Shown in pieces: positions 1 to 9,691 of a DNA stretch of 64,000 nucleotides. The stretch spans positions 269,697-333,696 of the forward strand of contig CAWBQN010000018.1 of the NCBI GenBank assembly GCA_963791065.1, in the 5' to 3' direction. This stretch comes from an uncultured Bacteroidales bacterium. Its GTDB lineage: Bacteria > Bacteroidota > Bacteroidia > Bacteroidales > VadinHA17. The translations under genes and the position numbers were made by a program. Each line of letters opens with the position of its first letter. Positions within the stretch are counted from its first letter, which is position 1. The notes under the pieces were generated by a model. The model was not told the DNA's origin and searched no databases. It saw nothing but the letters and a program-made list of their open reading frames with translations.

Positions 1-1147
1 TCCTGAAGCCCGAGTCCTGACAACTACTGCATACGGTGAAATCAACCTGGCAGTGCAGGCGATGAAAAGGGGTGCAGTCGATTTCATTACAAAACCATGG
101 AACAGGGACCAGCTGCTTTCATCAGTAAGAAATGTCCTGGAGCATAACCATATAGATCAGGTTATCAGGAAGTCTGTTAAAGGTAATGCTAAGGAGGTGG
201 TAAATCATGAGAAATCAAGGTACCCCGAGATCATTGGCAGGTCCCCCGCCATGGCACAGATCATGGAATCCATAAGAACCGTGGGTCCCACGGATGCCAA
301 TATACTTATACTGGGAGAAAGCGGGACTGGCAAGGAATTGGCAGCCTGGGCGTTGCATAATGAATCCTTAAGAAAACAGAATTCATTTGTCCATGTTGAC
401 CTGGGATCCATCCCTGAGACACTTTTTGAAGCCGAATTATTCGGACATACCCGAGGTGCCTTTACTGATGCCAGGGAAGAAAGGGAGGGAAGACTTGAGA
501 AGGCTTCAGGCGGAACTTTATTCCTGGATGAGATTGGAAATCTTACCTTGCCCCTGCAGGCAAAGATACTGACAGCGATTCAAAACAGGGAAGTAGTAAG
601 AATTGGCAGTAATCATCCGATACCTATGGATGTCAGACTGATCTCAGCCACAAATTTGCCACTTTACGAAATGGCTGATTCGTTTGAATTCAGGCAGGAC
701 CTTCTTTATCGTATTAACACTATTGAGATAATTCTTCCACCTTTAAGAGATAGGAAAGAGGATATAGACCTTCTTGCAGAATATTATCTTGAACTTTTCT
801 CGATGAAGTATGGCAAATCGGGCATAAAAATTACAGAAGATGCTTTACAGAAATTGAAACAATACAATTGGCCGGGCAATATCAGGGAACTTGCACACAA
901 AATTGAAAGAGCAGTCATTTTTTGCAAATCCGGAAGTGTCACTTCAGATGATTTTATCCTGAGAAATAAGCCTGTAAATGTCGTTCAGAAAGATGAGCTT
1001 TCAATTAAAGTTGAAGATTATGAAAAGGCTGCAATCATCAGAGCGATGGACAAATTTAATGGAAATCTGTCGAAGGCGGCAGAAGAAATAGGGATGGCGC
1101 GCAGTACTCTGTACAGGAAGATCGCCCGGTTTGGAATTGAAAATTAA
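1..1147 (+). CDS. Sigma-54-dependent (NtrC-family) response regulator, 5' end outside window
   Basis: Frame open from the window edge (PEARVLTTTAYGEINLAVQAM, receiver tail). AAA+ motifs GESGTGKE, GAFTDA, LFLDEIG, FRQDLLYR, WPGNIREL, then a Fis-type HTH. Confidence 0.93.
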   Translation, partial: PEARVLTTTAYGEINLAVQAMKRGAVDFITKPWNRDQLLSSVRNVLEHNHIDQVIRKSVKGNAKEVVNHEKSRYPEIIGRSPAMAQIMESIRTVGPTDANILILGESGTGKELAAWALHNESLRKQNSFVHVDLGSIPETLFEAELFGHTRGAFTDAREEREGRLEKASGGTLFLDEIGNLTLPLQAKILTAIQNREVVRIGSNHPIPMDVRLISATNLPLYEMADSFEFRQDLLYRINTIEIILPPLRDRKEDIDLLAEYYLELFSMKYGKSGIKITEDALQKLKQYNWPGNIRELAHKIERAVIFCKSGSVTSDDFILRNKPVNVVQKDELSIKVEDYEKAAIIRAMDKFNGNLSKAAEEIGMARSTLYRKIARFGIEN

Positions 1148-1225
1148 ACGGTAACAAATCTGTAAGAGGACGGGATATTTATTTTGTACTGAATTTTCTC
1201 AATAAGTATATAAGTAACTTCCATT

Positions 1226-2641
1226 ATGCAGAATATCTGGAACTATGTTTCTAACCTGGGGACAACCGGACCAAACCGGCAACCGGGTGAACGGACAATT
1301 GTCCTGTCAAACCAGTTGAACTTTGTGATGTTAATCACAATGATATTATTAAGTATAATAATTTATCTTAACTCTGTCCTTGCCAATGATCCTATGTCTA
1401 CCGGAACCCTCAGAGTAGGGATTCTTATGATCCTTAACCTGATCAACCTGATTCTGGCACGATATGGTCTCACTAAACTTAGCAAACTTTCACTGATTTT
1501 TCTACCTCCGGTTGTTTTTTTGCTGGGGCCCACATTGACCGGGTATGTAGAGGAGGAAGCCTATACATATTACCCTTACGTTTTGATTGGAGTTTCAATT
1601 ATTCCCCAAATGTTGTTGCATCCAAAAAAGGAAAAATTCCTTTACTGGTTTTCTTTGACCTATTATTTTATTCTTATTATATCAATCGACTTACTGATGG
1701 TCCGGTTTGCACAAAATGCGTACCCCATAGTCGGCAGGATTAATACTTTTTATACTTTCTATAAGATTGCTCAAATTGGCCTATTCTTTTTCGTTAACGT
1801 AAACATTTATTACCTGCGGACACTTAATTTTCATTTTGAGGAAGAACTTCATAGTAAGAATAATGAACTTAACCTTCAGAATGCCGAATTAAAAACACAG
1901 AGAGATGAGATTGAACGTCAGAAGGATGAACTCGTTAGCAAAGAGATCAGTACATGGCAGAAGCTGGTTGGTATTATCTCTCATGAGATAGTAAATTCAG
2001 CGATCCCGATTACAAACCTTGCAGGTATGAGTGCCCAAATGCTTGAAGATGAGTCGGGAGCTGTGCAGAAACCTGAAAAAATAGGCGAGGAGGTTACCGA
2101 AGATATTCATCATAGCTTAAAAATAATTGAATCCCGTACGCAGGGTCTCATTAATTTCGTGAAAGCCACAAAAAGTCTTACTGATATACCAAAACCAAAT
2201 CTGAGGAAGATTCTTATACACGACCTCTTTGATAGGGTTGCCATCCTCTTCAGGGCAAGATTCAGGGAGGCAAACGTTAAGTTTGAAATGGAAATTATTC
2301 CCCCTGACATATTTATAGAAGCCGATCTTGAACTAATTGAGCAGGTAATCATAAATCTTATTCAGAACGCCCTGGAAGCCATGCAGGATACCATGGGTCG
2401 TAAGCTTTCACTTATTGCGGTGAGGAAAAATGACGAACACGTCGAGATATCTGTTTCTGATAATGGGAAAGGCATTAATGATGATGTTCTCGAAAAGATA
2501 TTCCTTCCTTATTATTCTACAAAAGCTAATAGTTCCGGCATTGGCTTGAGCCTCTCACAGCAAATTATGATGCTCCATCATGCCAGGATCGAAGTGAGCT
2601 CAATGGTAAACAAAGGCTCAACCTTTACACTGATGTTTTGA
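1226..2641 (+). CDS. Membrane sensor histidine kinase
   Basis: Multi-TM N-terminus, H-box ISHEIVNS, N-box NLIQNA, DNGKG and GIGLS boxes; follows the NtrC gene. Confidence 0.92.
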   Translation: MQNIWNYVSNLGTTGPNRQPGERTIVLSNQLNFVMLITMILLSIIIYLNSVLANDPMSTGTLRVGILMILNLINLILARYGLTKLSKLSLIFLPPVVFLLGPTLTGYVEEEAYTYYPYVLIGVSIIPQMLLHPKKEKFLYWFSLTYYFILIISIDLLMVRFAQNAYPIVGRINTFYTFYKIAQIGLFFFVNVNIYYLRTLNFHFEEELHSKNNELNLQNAELKTQRDEIERQKDELVSKEISTWQKLVGIISHEIVNSAIPITNLAGMSAQMLEDESGAVQKPEKIGEEVTEDIHHSLKIIESRTQGLINFVKATKSLTDIPKPNLRKILIHDLFDRVAILFRARFREANVKFEMEIIPPDIFIEADLELIEQVIINLIQNALEAMQDTMGRKLSLIAVRKNDEHVEISVSDNGKGINDDVLEKIFLPYYSTKANSSGIGLSLSQQIMMLHHARIEVSSMVNKGSTFTLMF

Positions 2642-2652
2642 TCATTTGCTCT

Positions 2653-2692
2653 CCTCGTCTCTTCGTCTCTTCGTCTCTAGGTCTCTTAGTCT
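2653..2692. repeat. Octamer tandem repeat CTTCGTCT x5 (degenerate)
   Basis: cctcgtct cttcgtct cttcgtct ctaggtct cttagtct, abutting the APC permease stop. Confidence 0.85.
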
Positions 2693-4074
2693 TAGTCCTT
2701 TGTGCCCTTATAGTCTTCAGTCTCGTCAGTACTTTCAATTTTTGCGAACTGGAGAGGTTTCCTGAAGAAGTTTGTCCTGTACGCTCCGTAAATCAATCCT
2801 ACTGTTAGCCAGCTTATTCCAACTATCTTGGCTTTTATTCCCAGACTGAACCAGAGATACAGACAGATCGAAAATCCAAGAACAGGAACTATCAGATATG
2901 TGAATCTCTTGCGTTCACCCCGCAAATAATAATGCATGAATGAAGACACATTGACACCCATGAATGCCACGAGGGCTCCGAAGTTAAGCAACTGTGCTCC
3001 AAGTGGGTAACTTAGAATAAAAACACCACCTAATACTATTACTCCAATAAGAATGATATTGTATGAAGGTATATGTGTTTTTGGGTTTATATGTGAAAAG
3101 AATTTACCCGGAATTGCATTGTCTCTTCCCATTCCGTATAAAAGACGACCAGCTCCCAGGTGAGCTCCGGCACCTGAACCGATAGTTGCGACAAGCAAAG
3201 CCATATTTACTGTATTGAATAACCAGTGACCACCTGCCTTACCGGCAATATAACAAAATGCTGTATCCTGATCGGGGAAGTTTGTCCCCGGCCAAACCAG
3301 CTGTGCAAAATAAACCTGGATCGATGCAAGGATACCTGTAATTACACAAACGAGTACTGTTGCGAGCAGGATGTTACGACGAGGATTATGAACTTCTTCC
3401 GACAGAGTTGAAATACCATCAAACCCGATATATGTAAGGACTGCCAGAGAAGCACCGGCCGATACTGAATGAAAGGAAAATGTTTTAGGATCATAGAAAG
3501 GCCTGGTCCATTCTGCAGCATTAGCAGGAGGATTCAATAACAAGTATCTGACTGCGGCTCCAAGGAAGAGAATGATAACCACTCCTAAACCGGTTGCGAT
3601 TATTGCATTGGTACGTGAACTTGATTCAATTCCGCGAAGGTTCATAGCTGTAAACAGACAGGTAAAAGCAATTGCCCAGACAGGATAAGGTATTTCGGGG
3701 ATCATGTTTATTGCAGCTTTGCTGATCCATATCACACATATTATAGGATTCATTACATAATCGAAAATCATTCCCCAGCCCACGAAGTAGCCAAGTGAGG
3801 GATGAATTTCCCTGCTTACATAAGTATATGCTGAGCCGGCACTTGGATATGCATTTGCCATGCGCCCGTAACTGATTGCGGTAAATAACATTGCAACCAT
3901 ACCAATAATAATGGTTGTAACAACATGACCCCTGGCCAGGGTCGCTGCAGCCCCGAAAAGTGGCATTGGAGCTGTAGGCTGTATAAGTATAATTCCGTAA
4001 AGAACAAGGGATGAAAGCCCCAGAACACGTTTTAAGCCCGGACCAGAGGGCGATGAAGTATGGGTATCACTCAT
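2692..4074 (-). CDS. APC-family amino acid/amine permease (PuuP/PlaP-like)
   Basis: About 12 TM helices; LKRVLGL, YPSAGSAYTY, YIGFDGISTLSEE motifs. Confidence 0.9.
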   Translation of the reverse strand: MSDTHTSSPSGPGLKRVLGLSSLVLYGIILIQPTAPMPLFGAAATLARGHVVTTIIIGMVAMLFTAISYGRMANAYPSAGSAYTYVSREIHPSLGYFVGWGMIFDYVMNPIICVIWISKAAINMIPEIPYPVWAIAFTCLFTAMNLRGIESSSRTNAIIATGLGVVIILFLGAAVRYLLLNPPANAAEWTRPFYDPKTFSFHSVSAGASLAVLTYIGFDGISTLSEEVHNPRRNILLATVLVCVITGILASIQVYFAQLVWPGTNFPDQDTAFCYIAGKAGGHWLFNTVNMALLVATIGSGAGAHLGAGRLLYGMGRDNAIPGKFFSHINPKTHIPSYNIILIGVIVLGGVFILSYPLGAQLLNFGALVAFMGVNVSSFMHYYLRGERKRFTYLIVPVLGFSICLYLWFSLGIKAKIVGISWLTVGLIYGAYRTNFFRKPLQFAKIESTDETEDYKGTKD

Positions 4075-4229
4075 AATGCTTGCTTATAATAATTTTAATG
4101 ACCATAAACCTAATAATTATAAACTGAATTCAAAGAGAGGAATGCAATATAAATATAATAAGAAATAGCAGGAAATGCTTTTGATGCAATTCCTGTCAAT
4201 TAAATTGATTAACTTTAATACTCACAAAA

Positions 4230-6848
4230 ATGATCTTTTCACTAACTCTTAGATCCTGCAGTATGAAAACACGTATTGTCCTTACATTCACCTTAATGAC
4301 TTTTCTTGCTGTCAATTGTCTGTCACAAGTTCCTCAGAGCGGGAGACTTATTCTGAAAGACAACTGGACAATTCAATCTTCAAAAGAAATAAAATCTGAC
4401 GGCAAAACTATTTCGTCGACAGGTTTCCAGACAGCTGGCTGGTACCCGACCACAGTTCCAACAACTGTTCTGGCTGCCCTGGTTGCTAATAAGGTCTACC
4501 CCGATCCGTATTACGGAACAAACTTTAATAATCTTCCAGGCATAATCCCTTATCCGAAAAGGGAAATGAGTGAAGACAGTCCCTTTAAAGTAGCATGGTG
4601 GTACCGCACGGAATTCAAAATCCCTGCTGACTTTAAAAATAAGCATACATGGCTTAAATTTCATAGCATAAATTATAAGGCAAACGTATGGCTGAATGGA
4701 AAACTTATAGCCGATACAACAACTATTGAAGGCGCCTATCGCCTTTTTAACCTTGATATTTCGCAAGCTGCTTTACCGGGAGCCAAAAACTGCCTGGCTT
4801 TACAGATATTTCCTCCTAAAGGTCAGGATCTTACCATTACCTGGGTTGATTGGAATCCCACACCACCCGACAGGGGAATGGGTATATGGTATGATGTGAC
4901 AATTAATGCTACCGGGGATGTAGCTCTTGAAAATCCGCAGGTTATTACAAAATTGAACCTGCCTTCGACGGATCAGGCAAAACTAACGGTCTCTGCCGAT
5001 CTCCGGAATGCAGGTTCTAAAAAGATTACCGGTATTCTGAAAGGCACAATTGAAAATATAACTTTCTCGCAGAATGTTACAATAGAGCCGGGTGAAACAA
5101 AAGTTGTAAGTTTTCTTCCGGAATCATTTCCGCAGCTGGTGATCGCAAATCCAAAATTATGGTGGCCTCATACAGTCGGTCCCCAGAATCTGTATAATCT
5201 GAATCTTAGTTTTGATGTTTCAGGCAAAGCATCAGATACAAAGAAAATACGGTTTGGCATCAGGGAGATTTCATACTGGATGAACAGTTTTGGTAAGCAG
5301 AATGTAAAAGTATTCCAGGTGAATGGGAAGAACATTGTTATAAGGGGCGGAGGGTATGTGCAGGATCTTATGCTGAGGCCTTCCAATGAGAGAGTCGATG
5401 CCGACCTCATGTATGCGAAATTTATGAATCTGAACGCACTTAGAATGGAAGCTCCCCGCGGATCAGATTACCTGTTCGAAAGATGCGATGAAGAAGGTAT
5501 CCTGCTGATGGTAGGATGGTGCTGCTGCAGCGCATGGGAACAATGGAAAAACTGGACGCCTCATACCGGCGACGTTGCTGAGGCAAGCTGGAAAGATCAG
5601 ATCCTTCATTTACGTAATCACCCGTCTGTATTCAACTGGTTATATGGAAGTGATAATTTCCCACCGGAAGCGGTTGAAAGACGATATATAAAGGTTCTGG
5701 AACAATATGATCCGACACGGCCGTATGAATCATCTGCAACGCAGGCACTGAGCAAAATACAGGGAATAACCGGAGTTCACATGGGTCCTTACCCAAATGT
5801 ATACGCCTATGAAACTCCAAACTTCTGGTACACGAAACTCGAGTTTAATACTGAAGCAGGTCCGACAGGCGAACAGATTCCTCCTATTGAGACTATGAGG
5901 ATGATGATGCCGGAAAAAGACCTGTGGCCAATGAGCGCATCATGGGATCTTCGTCTCCATAAAGCATTTTACCCGATTGCAAGGGCAGCTTTCGATTCGA
6001 GATACGGAAAACCAACCGGTATTGAAGAATACTGTATGAAAGCCCAGGTTTTCCAGCAGGAAGCAGTAAAAGCTATGTTCGAAGCATTTGCCGGGAATAA
6101 ATATAAATCAAGCGGTATCATTTACTGGATGTATAATGGAGCCTGGCCAAAGATGTACTGGCAGCTCTATGACTATTTCTTTATGCCGAACGGCGCTTTC
6201 TACGGAGCAAAAACTGCATGCGAACCTCTTCATATACAATATTGCTACGGCGACAGCTCCATTAAAATCGTGAATAGCTTTTACAAAAATTTCAATGGTC
6301 TGAAAGTCAATGCCGAAATCTATGATTTTAATATGAAATTGGTCAATTCTCAGAAGATAGATGCCAATGTAGTCGCTGATACAAGCCAGACAGTATTTAA
6401 GCTTGATTATCCAAAAGAGATTACAAATGTCTTCTTCCTGAAATTGGGCATGACCGATGCATCAGGTAAACTGGTTTCATCAAATTTCTACTGGCTAAGC
6501 TCGAAGGGCGATGAGAAAGCCGACTTTACCGATCTGAATAAACTGCCTGCATCATCAGTAAATGTTACTGCCTCGGCGCTAAAAAAGTCAGGTAATAACT
6601 ACTCTTGCACTGTCACGATTGAGAATCCGGGGACAACTCTTGCCTTCGCTGTTAATCCAAAGATCCTGAAGTTGAAATCCAAAGAACCTGTACTTCCTGT
6701 TTTCTGGGAGGATAACTATTTTTCACTTCTTCCGGGTGAAAAGAAAACTGTCAAGGTTGATTTTGATTCAAAATACCTTGATGGTGATAAACCTCTGTTA
6801 AAGGTTGAAGGATGGAATGTGGCAGCTCAGGAGAAGGAGGTAAAATAG
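4230..6848 (+). CDS. Secreted GH2 glycoside hydrolase, exo-beta-D-glucosaminidase (CsxA-like); likely start 4263
   Basis: Signal peptide; WVDWNPTPPD, LWWP..G.QNLY, FGIR, GWCCCSAWE, LRNHPSV..W..GSD and FNTEAG match the CsxA-type GH2 pattern. Confidence 0.8.
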   Translation: MIFSLTLRSCSMKTRIVLTFTLMTFLAVNCLSQVPQSGRLILKDNWTIQSSKEIKSDGKTISSTGFQTAGWYPTTVPTTVLAALVANKVYPDPYYGTNFNNLPGIIPYPKREMSEDSPFKVAWWYRTEFKIPADFKNKHTWLKFHSINYKANVWLNGKLIADTTTIEGAYRLFNLDISQAALPGAKNCLALQIFPPKGQDLTITWVDWNPTPPDRGMGIWYDVTINATGDVALENPQVITKLNLPSTDQAKLTVSADLRNAGSKKITGILKGTIENITFSQNVTIEPGETKVVSFLPESFPQLVIANPKLWWPHTVGPQNLYNLNLSFDVSGKASDTKKIRFGIREISYWMNSFGKQNVKVFQVNGKNIVIRGGGYVQDLMLRPSNERVDADLMYAKFMNLNALRMEAPRGSDYLFERCDEEGILLMVGWCCCSAWEQWKNWTPHTGDVAEASWKDQILHLRNHPSVFNWLYGSDNFPPEAVERRYIKVLEQYDPTRPYESSATQALSKIQGITGVHMGPYPNVYAYETPNFWYTKLEFNTEAGPTGEQIPPIETMRMMMPEKDLWPMSASWDLRLHKAFYPIARAAFDSRYGKPTGIEEYCMKAQVFQQEAVKAMFEAFAGNKYKSSGIIYWMYNGAWPKMYWQLYDYFFMPNGAFYGAKTACEPLHIQYCYGDSSIKIVNSFYKNFNGLKVNAEIYDFNMKLVNSQKIDANVVADTSQTVFKLDYPKEITNVFFLKLGMTDASGKLVSSNFYWLSSKGDEKADFTDLNKLPASSVNVTASALKKSGNNYSCTVTIENPGTTLAFAVNPKILKLKSKEPVLPVFWEDNYFSLLPGEKKTVKVDFDSKYLDGDKPLLKVEGWNVAAQEKEVK

Positions 6849-6860
6849 CGTAGAGCGTAA

Positions 6861-6886
6861 AGACGAAGAGACGAAGGGACGAAGAG
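6861..6886. repeat. Octamer tandem repeat AGACGAAG x3 (reverse complement of 2653-2692 unit)
   Basis: agacgaag agacgaag ggacgaag ag just after the GH2 stop. Confidence 0.8.
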
Positions 6887-6924
6887 AAATCAATTCCCCC
6901 CGAGCGAAGTCCCGGGGGGAGGGT

Positions 6925-6971
6925 CTCTGTGTCCTCTGTGCATTCTCCGGATTTCCTCTGTGTAAGTTCTT
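6925..6971 (+). repeat. Dispersed ~46-bp repeat family A (CTCTGTG-rich, ending GTAAGTTCTT)
   Basis: Near-identical to 23370-23415 and to the reverse complement of 25576-25621. Confidence 0.9.
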
Positions 6972-6981
6972 CAAGTTTTTT

Positions 6982-7029
6982 CTTTGCGTTCTTTGCGCCT
7001 ACTTTGTGCTCTTTGCGGTTAATGGATTT
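6982..7029 (+). repeat. Dispersed repeat family B (CTTTGCG x4, ending GCGGTTAA)
   Basis: Related copies at 7934-7981 and, inverted, at 37816-37870. Confidence 0.85.
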
Positions 7030-7059
7030 AAATATTAAATGACTTAGTCAGATCATCTC

Positions 7060-7890
7060 ATGAAACACAACTTAATGGCAGCATTAAAACTGATTATGCT
7101 GCAAATCATGCTTTTATCTTTTTCAACTGTCATCGAAGCTGAGATTCATGCAAAATTCAATGTTCTTGTTCTTGCGGAACGCGGTGGCGACCATGAAGCA
7201 TTCGTGGCTGCTGCTCTCGACTGGCTAAGTACATTTGCAGCAAAGAACAATTTTGGATTCGCAGTCATCAATCACGCCAGTGAGATGAATGAGGAGATGT
7301 TATCAGAATATCAGGAAATTATCCAGCTGAATTATGCGCCATATGCATGGGGAGATACTGCAATGTCAGCTTTTGTGAAATATATAGAGCAGGGCAGGGG
7401 AGGCTGGGTTGGATTTCATCATGCATCGCTGCTGGGTGAATTCGATGGCTACCCTATGTGGGACTGGTTTTCGAAATTCATGGGCGGGATAAGGTTTAAA
7501 GACTATATAGCAGCAAAGGCTTCAGCCACTGTGAATATTGAAGATAAAAAGAATCCGGTGATGAAAGACGTGCCTTCGGATTTTATCATTCCCGATGATG
7601 AGTGGTATATATTTAATGCAGACCCGCGACCTAATGTGCATGTAATTGCAACGGTCGATGAATCAACGTATAAGCCTGCTTCGGACATTAAAATGGGTGA
7701 TCATCCTGTGATCTGGACAAATGAAAAAGTGAAAGCGAAAAATATATATTTTCTGATGGGCCATAGCCCGACCTTGTTTAAATCAAAGGAGTTTAAGACG
7801 ATGTTTGGGAATGCGATTATGTGGGCAGCAAAAAAGCCTCTCCCCAAACCCCTCCCCAAGGGGAGGGGCTTAGTTCTCTTATTTTATTGA
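7060..7890 (+). CDS. ThuA-like domain protein (secreted)
   Basis: Signal peptide; GGWVGFHHA, DEWY.F, VDESTY, MGDHPVIW, MGH motifs; C-terminus runs through a palindrome. Confidence 0.85.
   Translation: MKHNLMAALKLIMLQIMLLSFSTVIEAEIHAKFNVLVLAERGGDHEAFVAAALDWLSTFAAKNNFGFAVINHASEMNEEMLSEYQEIIQLNYAPYAWGDTAMSAFVKYIEQGRGGWVGFHHASLLGEFDGYPMWDWFSKFMGGIRFKDYIAAKASATVNIEDKKNPVMKDVPSDFIIPDDEWYIFNADPRPNVHVIATVDESTYKPASDIKMGDHPVIWTNEKVKAKNIYFLMGHSPTLFKSKEFKTMFGNAIMWAAKKPLPKPLPKGRGLVLLFY
7836..7871. repeat. REP-like palindrome CCCCTCCCC-AA-GGGGAGGGG
   Basis: Perfect 9-bp stem 7849-7868 inside the 3' end of the ThuA ORF; a looser C/G-run palindrome lies at 6895-6923. Confidence 0.75.
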
Positions 7891-7933
7891 ATATCACGAT
7901 AAACCCGGAAGATGCCGTCGCTAGGGGTTCCTT

Positions 7934-8030
7934 CTTTGCGAACTTTGCGCATTCTTTGCGCTCTTTGCGGTTAAATGATTTAAGTCTCTGTGGTTCTCTG
8001 TGCTTCTCTGTGTCCCTCTGTGAAAGTTCC
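7934..8030 (+). repeat. Stacked family B (7934-7981) and family A (7986-8030) repeats
   Basis: ctttgcg x4 then gcggttaa; ctctgtg x4 then aaagttcc. Confidence 0.85.
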
Positions 8031-8037
8031 TGGTTTT

Positions 8038-9159
8038 TTATTTTTTGCCATCAATATACCTGTTGCCATTAATAAGCTTCCGCATCTCTAACACATTGAC
8101 AGGTCCCTGTATACGATAAATGATATTCCCGCCCTGTTCCACGAGCATGGTATAAGGAAGCGCACCTGACCATTTTGGATCGACAGCTTCAACAAAGGCT
8201 GAGTTATTATCGCTGTTAAATATGTAGTTCTTATTAGATGCCTCATTCTTTTGCAGGAACTTCAGCACATTGTCTTTCCTTGATAACTGATCTGCATTGA
8301 TTGATACAAATTCAAACTGCCGGCTGCGGTAGATACGATCGATAATTACAAAATCAGGAAATTCCTGTACGCATGGACCGCACCATGAAGCCCATACCGT
8401 AATTAATCTTAGTTTATCGGATTTATTCCGGATGAGTGTTCTTATCATGGATGTATCTATGTTCTCTAGTGTTATAGGAAGTTCGGACCATTCTTTATAA
8501 AGCTTTGAGGTCCCTTCTGTTTTCCAAGCCCATTTGGTAGAACATCCGAATACTTTTGTTACGGGTTTATCAATTTTCCTGTCCTCCAGAACAGCATCAA
8601 TAGCATTACTGAGTGTTTCAGCTTTTCCATTTTCCATTGACGGATCGATGCAACCTACATACTGCAGTTTGCGGTTCTTATCGAAAACATATGCATGAGG
8701 AGTTGCCTCCGGTCCATATGCAATTGCGGTTTTTTGATCATCGCCATCATACAGGTATGGGAATTTGAAATCCTTGTCTTTTGCACGGATCTTCATGGCA
8801 TCAAAAGAATCATCGAGATCTGACCAACCCTGTTCCCATAAGTTGAGAGATTTCATACTGTTCGGTGAAATCACTACAAGCGACACTCCTTTTCGTGTGT
8901 ACTTGTCATAAATGTTGTTAAGCCGGTCCTGGTATGCCTGAGCAGTGGGACAGTGGTTGCAGCTGAAGACGATCACCAGCACTTTAGATCTTGCAAAATC
9001 GGATAATGAATATACATTATCATCTACACCTTTCAGTTTGAAATCAGGTGCCCGGGATCCAATTTCGAGAGTTTTTGGTTGCGGATGACTTTCCTGTCCG
9101 GATACTGCATAGCCTGTCAGTAATAATGGGATCAATGCCAGGGAGACTATTTTTTTCAT
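8038..9159 (-). CDS. Secreted two-domain redoxin (AhpC/TSA + TlpA-like thioredoxin)
   Basis: Signal peptide; APDF, CNHCPTA, YPYLYD-like FPYLYD, ATPH, and a second domain with WASWCGPC. Confidence 0.88.
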   Translation of the reverse strand: MKKIVSLALIPLLLTGYAVSGQESHPQPKTLEIGSRAPDFKLKGVDDNVYSLSDFARSKVLVIVFSCNHCPTAQAYQDRLNNIYDKYTRKGVSLVVISPNSMKSLNLWEQGWSDLDDSFDAMKIRAKDKDFKFPYLYDGDDQKTAIAYGPEATPHAYVFDKNRKLQYVGCIDPSMENGKAETLSNAIDAVLEDRKIDKPVTKVFGCSTKWAWKTEGTSKLYKEWSELPITLENIDTSMIRTLIRNKSDKLRLITVWASWCGPCVQEFPDFVIIDRIYRSRQFEFVSINADQLSRKDNVLKFLQKNEASNKNYIFNSDNNSAFVEAVDPKWSGALPYTMLVEQGGNIIYRIQGPVNVLEMRKLINGNRYIDGKK

Positions 9160-9269
9160 TTAAGTATTCTTTAAAATCTCCCACAAATTAGGAATAAATT
9201 GTAAGACCGCAAAGCACGCAAAGCCCGCCTTCGTGTCTCTGGCACTCCAGACGACTGGTTTCTAATTTC

Positions 9270-9536
9270 TTATATATTAAAAGCTGTCAAATGGTCGAAA
9301 GAGGAGTACTGAGCGATATATTTATCTGATTCAGATTCATGAACAGCTTCTTTCAGAATCAGGGATCGTATATACTCCTTTGAATCATTAAGGAATTCAA
9401 CCTGTCTTTTTGTGAGGACCCCGGTGGTGGCATAATGTTCCTTCAATGAAGCTATAAATTCGTGTTGTATTGTATTCAGGTGTTCCTGATTGTTCTCCAG
9501 GTAATTAAGGAGGATTTTGATTTCCTGACGGTCCAT
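9270..9536 (-). CDS. Hypothetical protein (88 aa)
   Basis: ATG start, fills the gap, co-oriented with neighbours; no recognisable motif. Confidence 0.55.
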   Translation of the reverse strand: MDRQEIKILLNYLENNQEHLNTIQHEFIASLKEHYATTGVLTKRQVEFLNDSKEYIRSLILKEAVHESESDKYIAQYSSFDHLTAFNI

Positions 9537-9691
9537 TATCTATAAGTATTTAATTAAACAATTACAGATACCTAAATTATGGCATGGCAGGATTTGGAAA
9601 ATTAAAATTGCATTAAGATGAGATTAGCTTCGGATTAATCTTTTTGGATCTGGCCAGTTAAAGTTGAGGTTGAGGTTAGTCAGGTGACCGG

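Noticed and set aside
1..25. Apparent TCCTGA repeat at the window start
   Set aside because: It is in-frame coding sequence of the NtrC receiver domain
7821..8072. 83-aa ORF
   Set aside because: Translation of stacked repeats (LCGSLCFSVSLC); unlikely to be a gene
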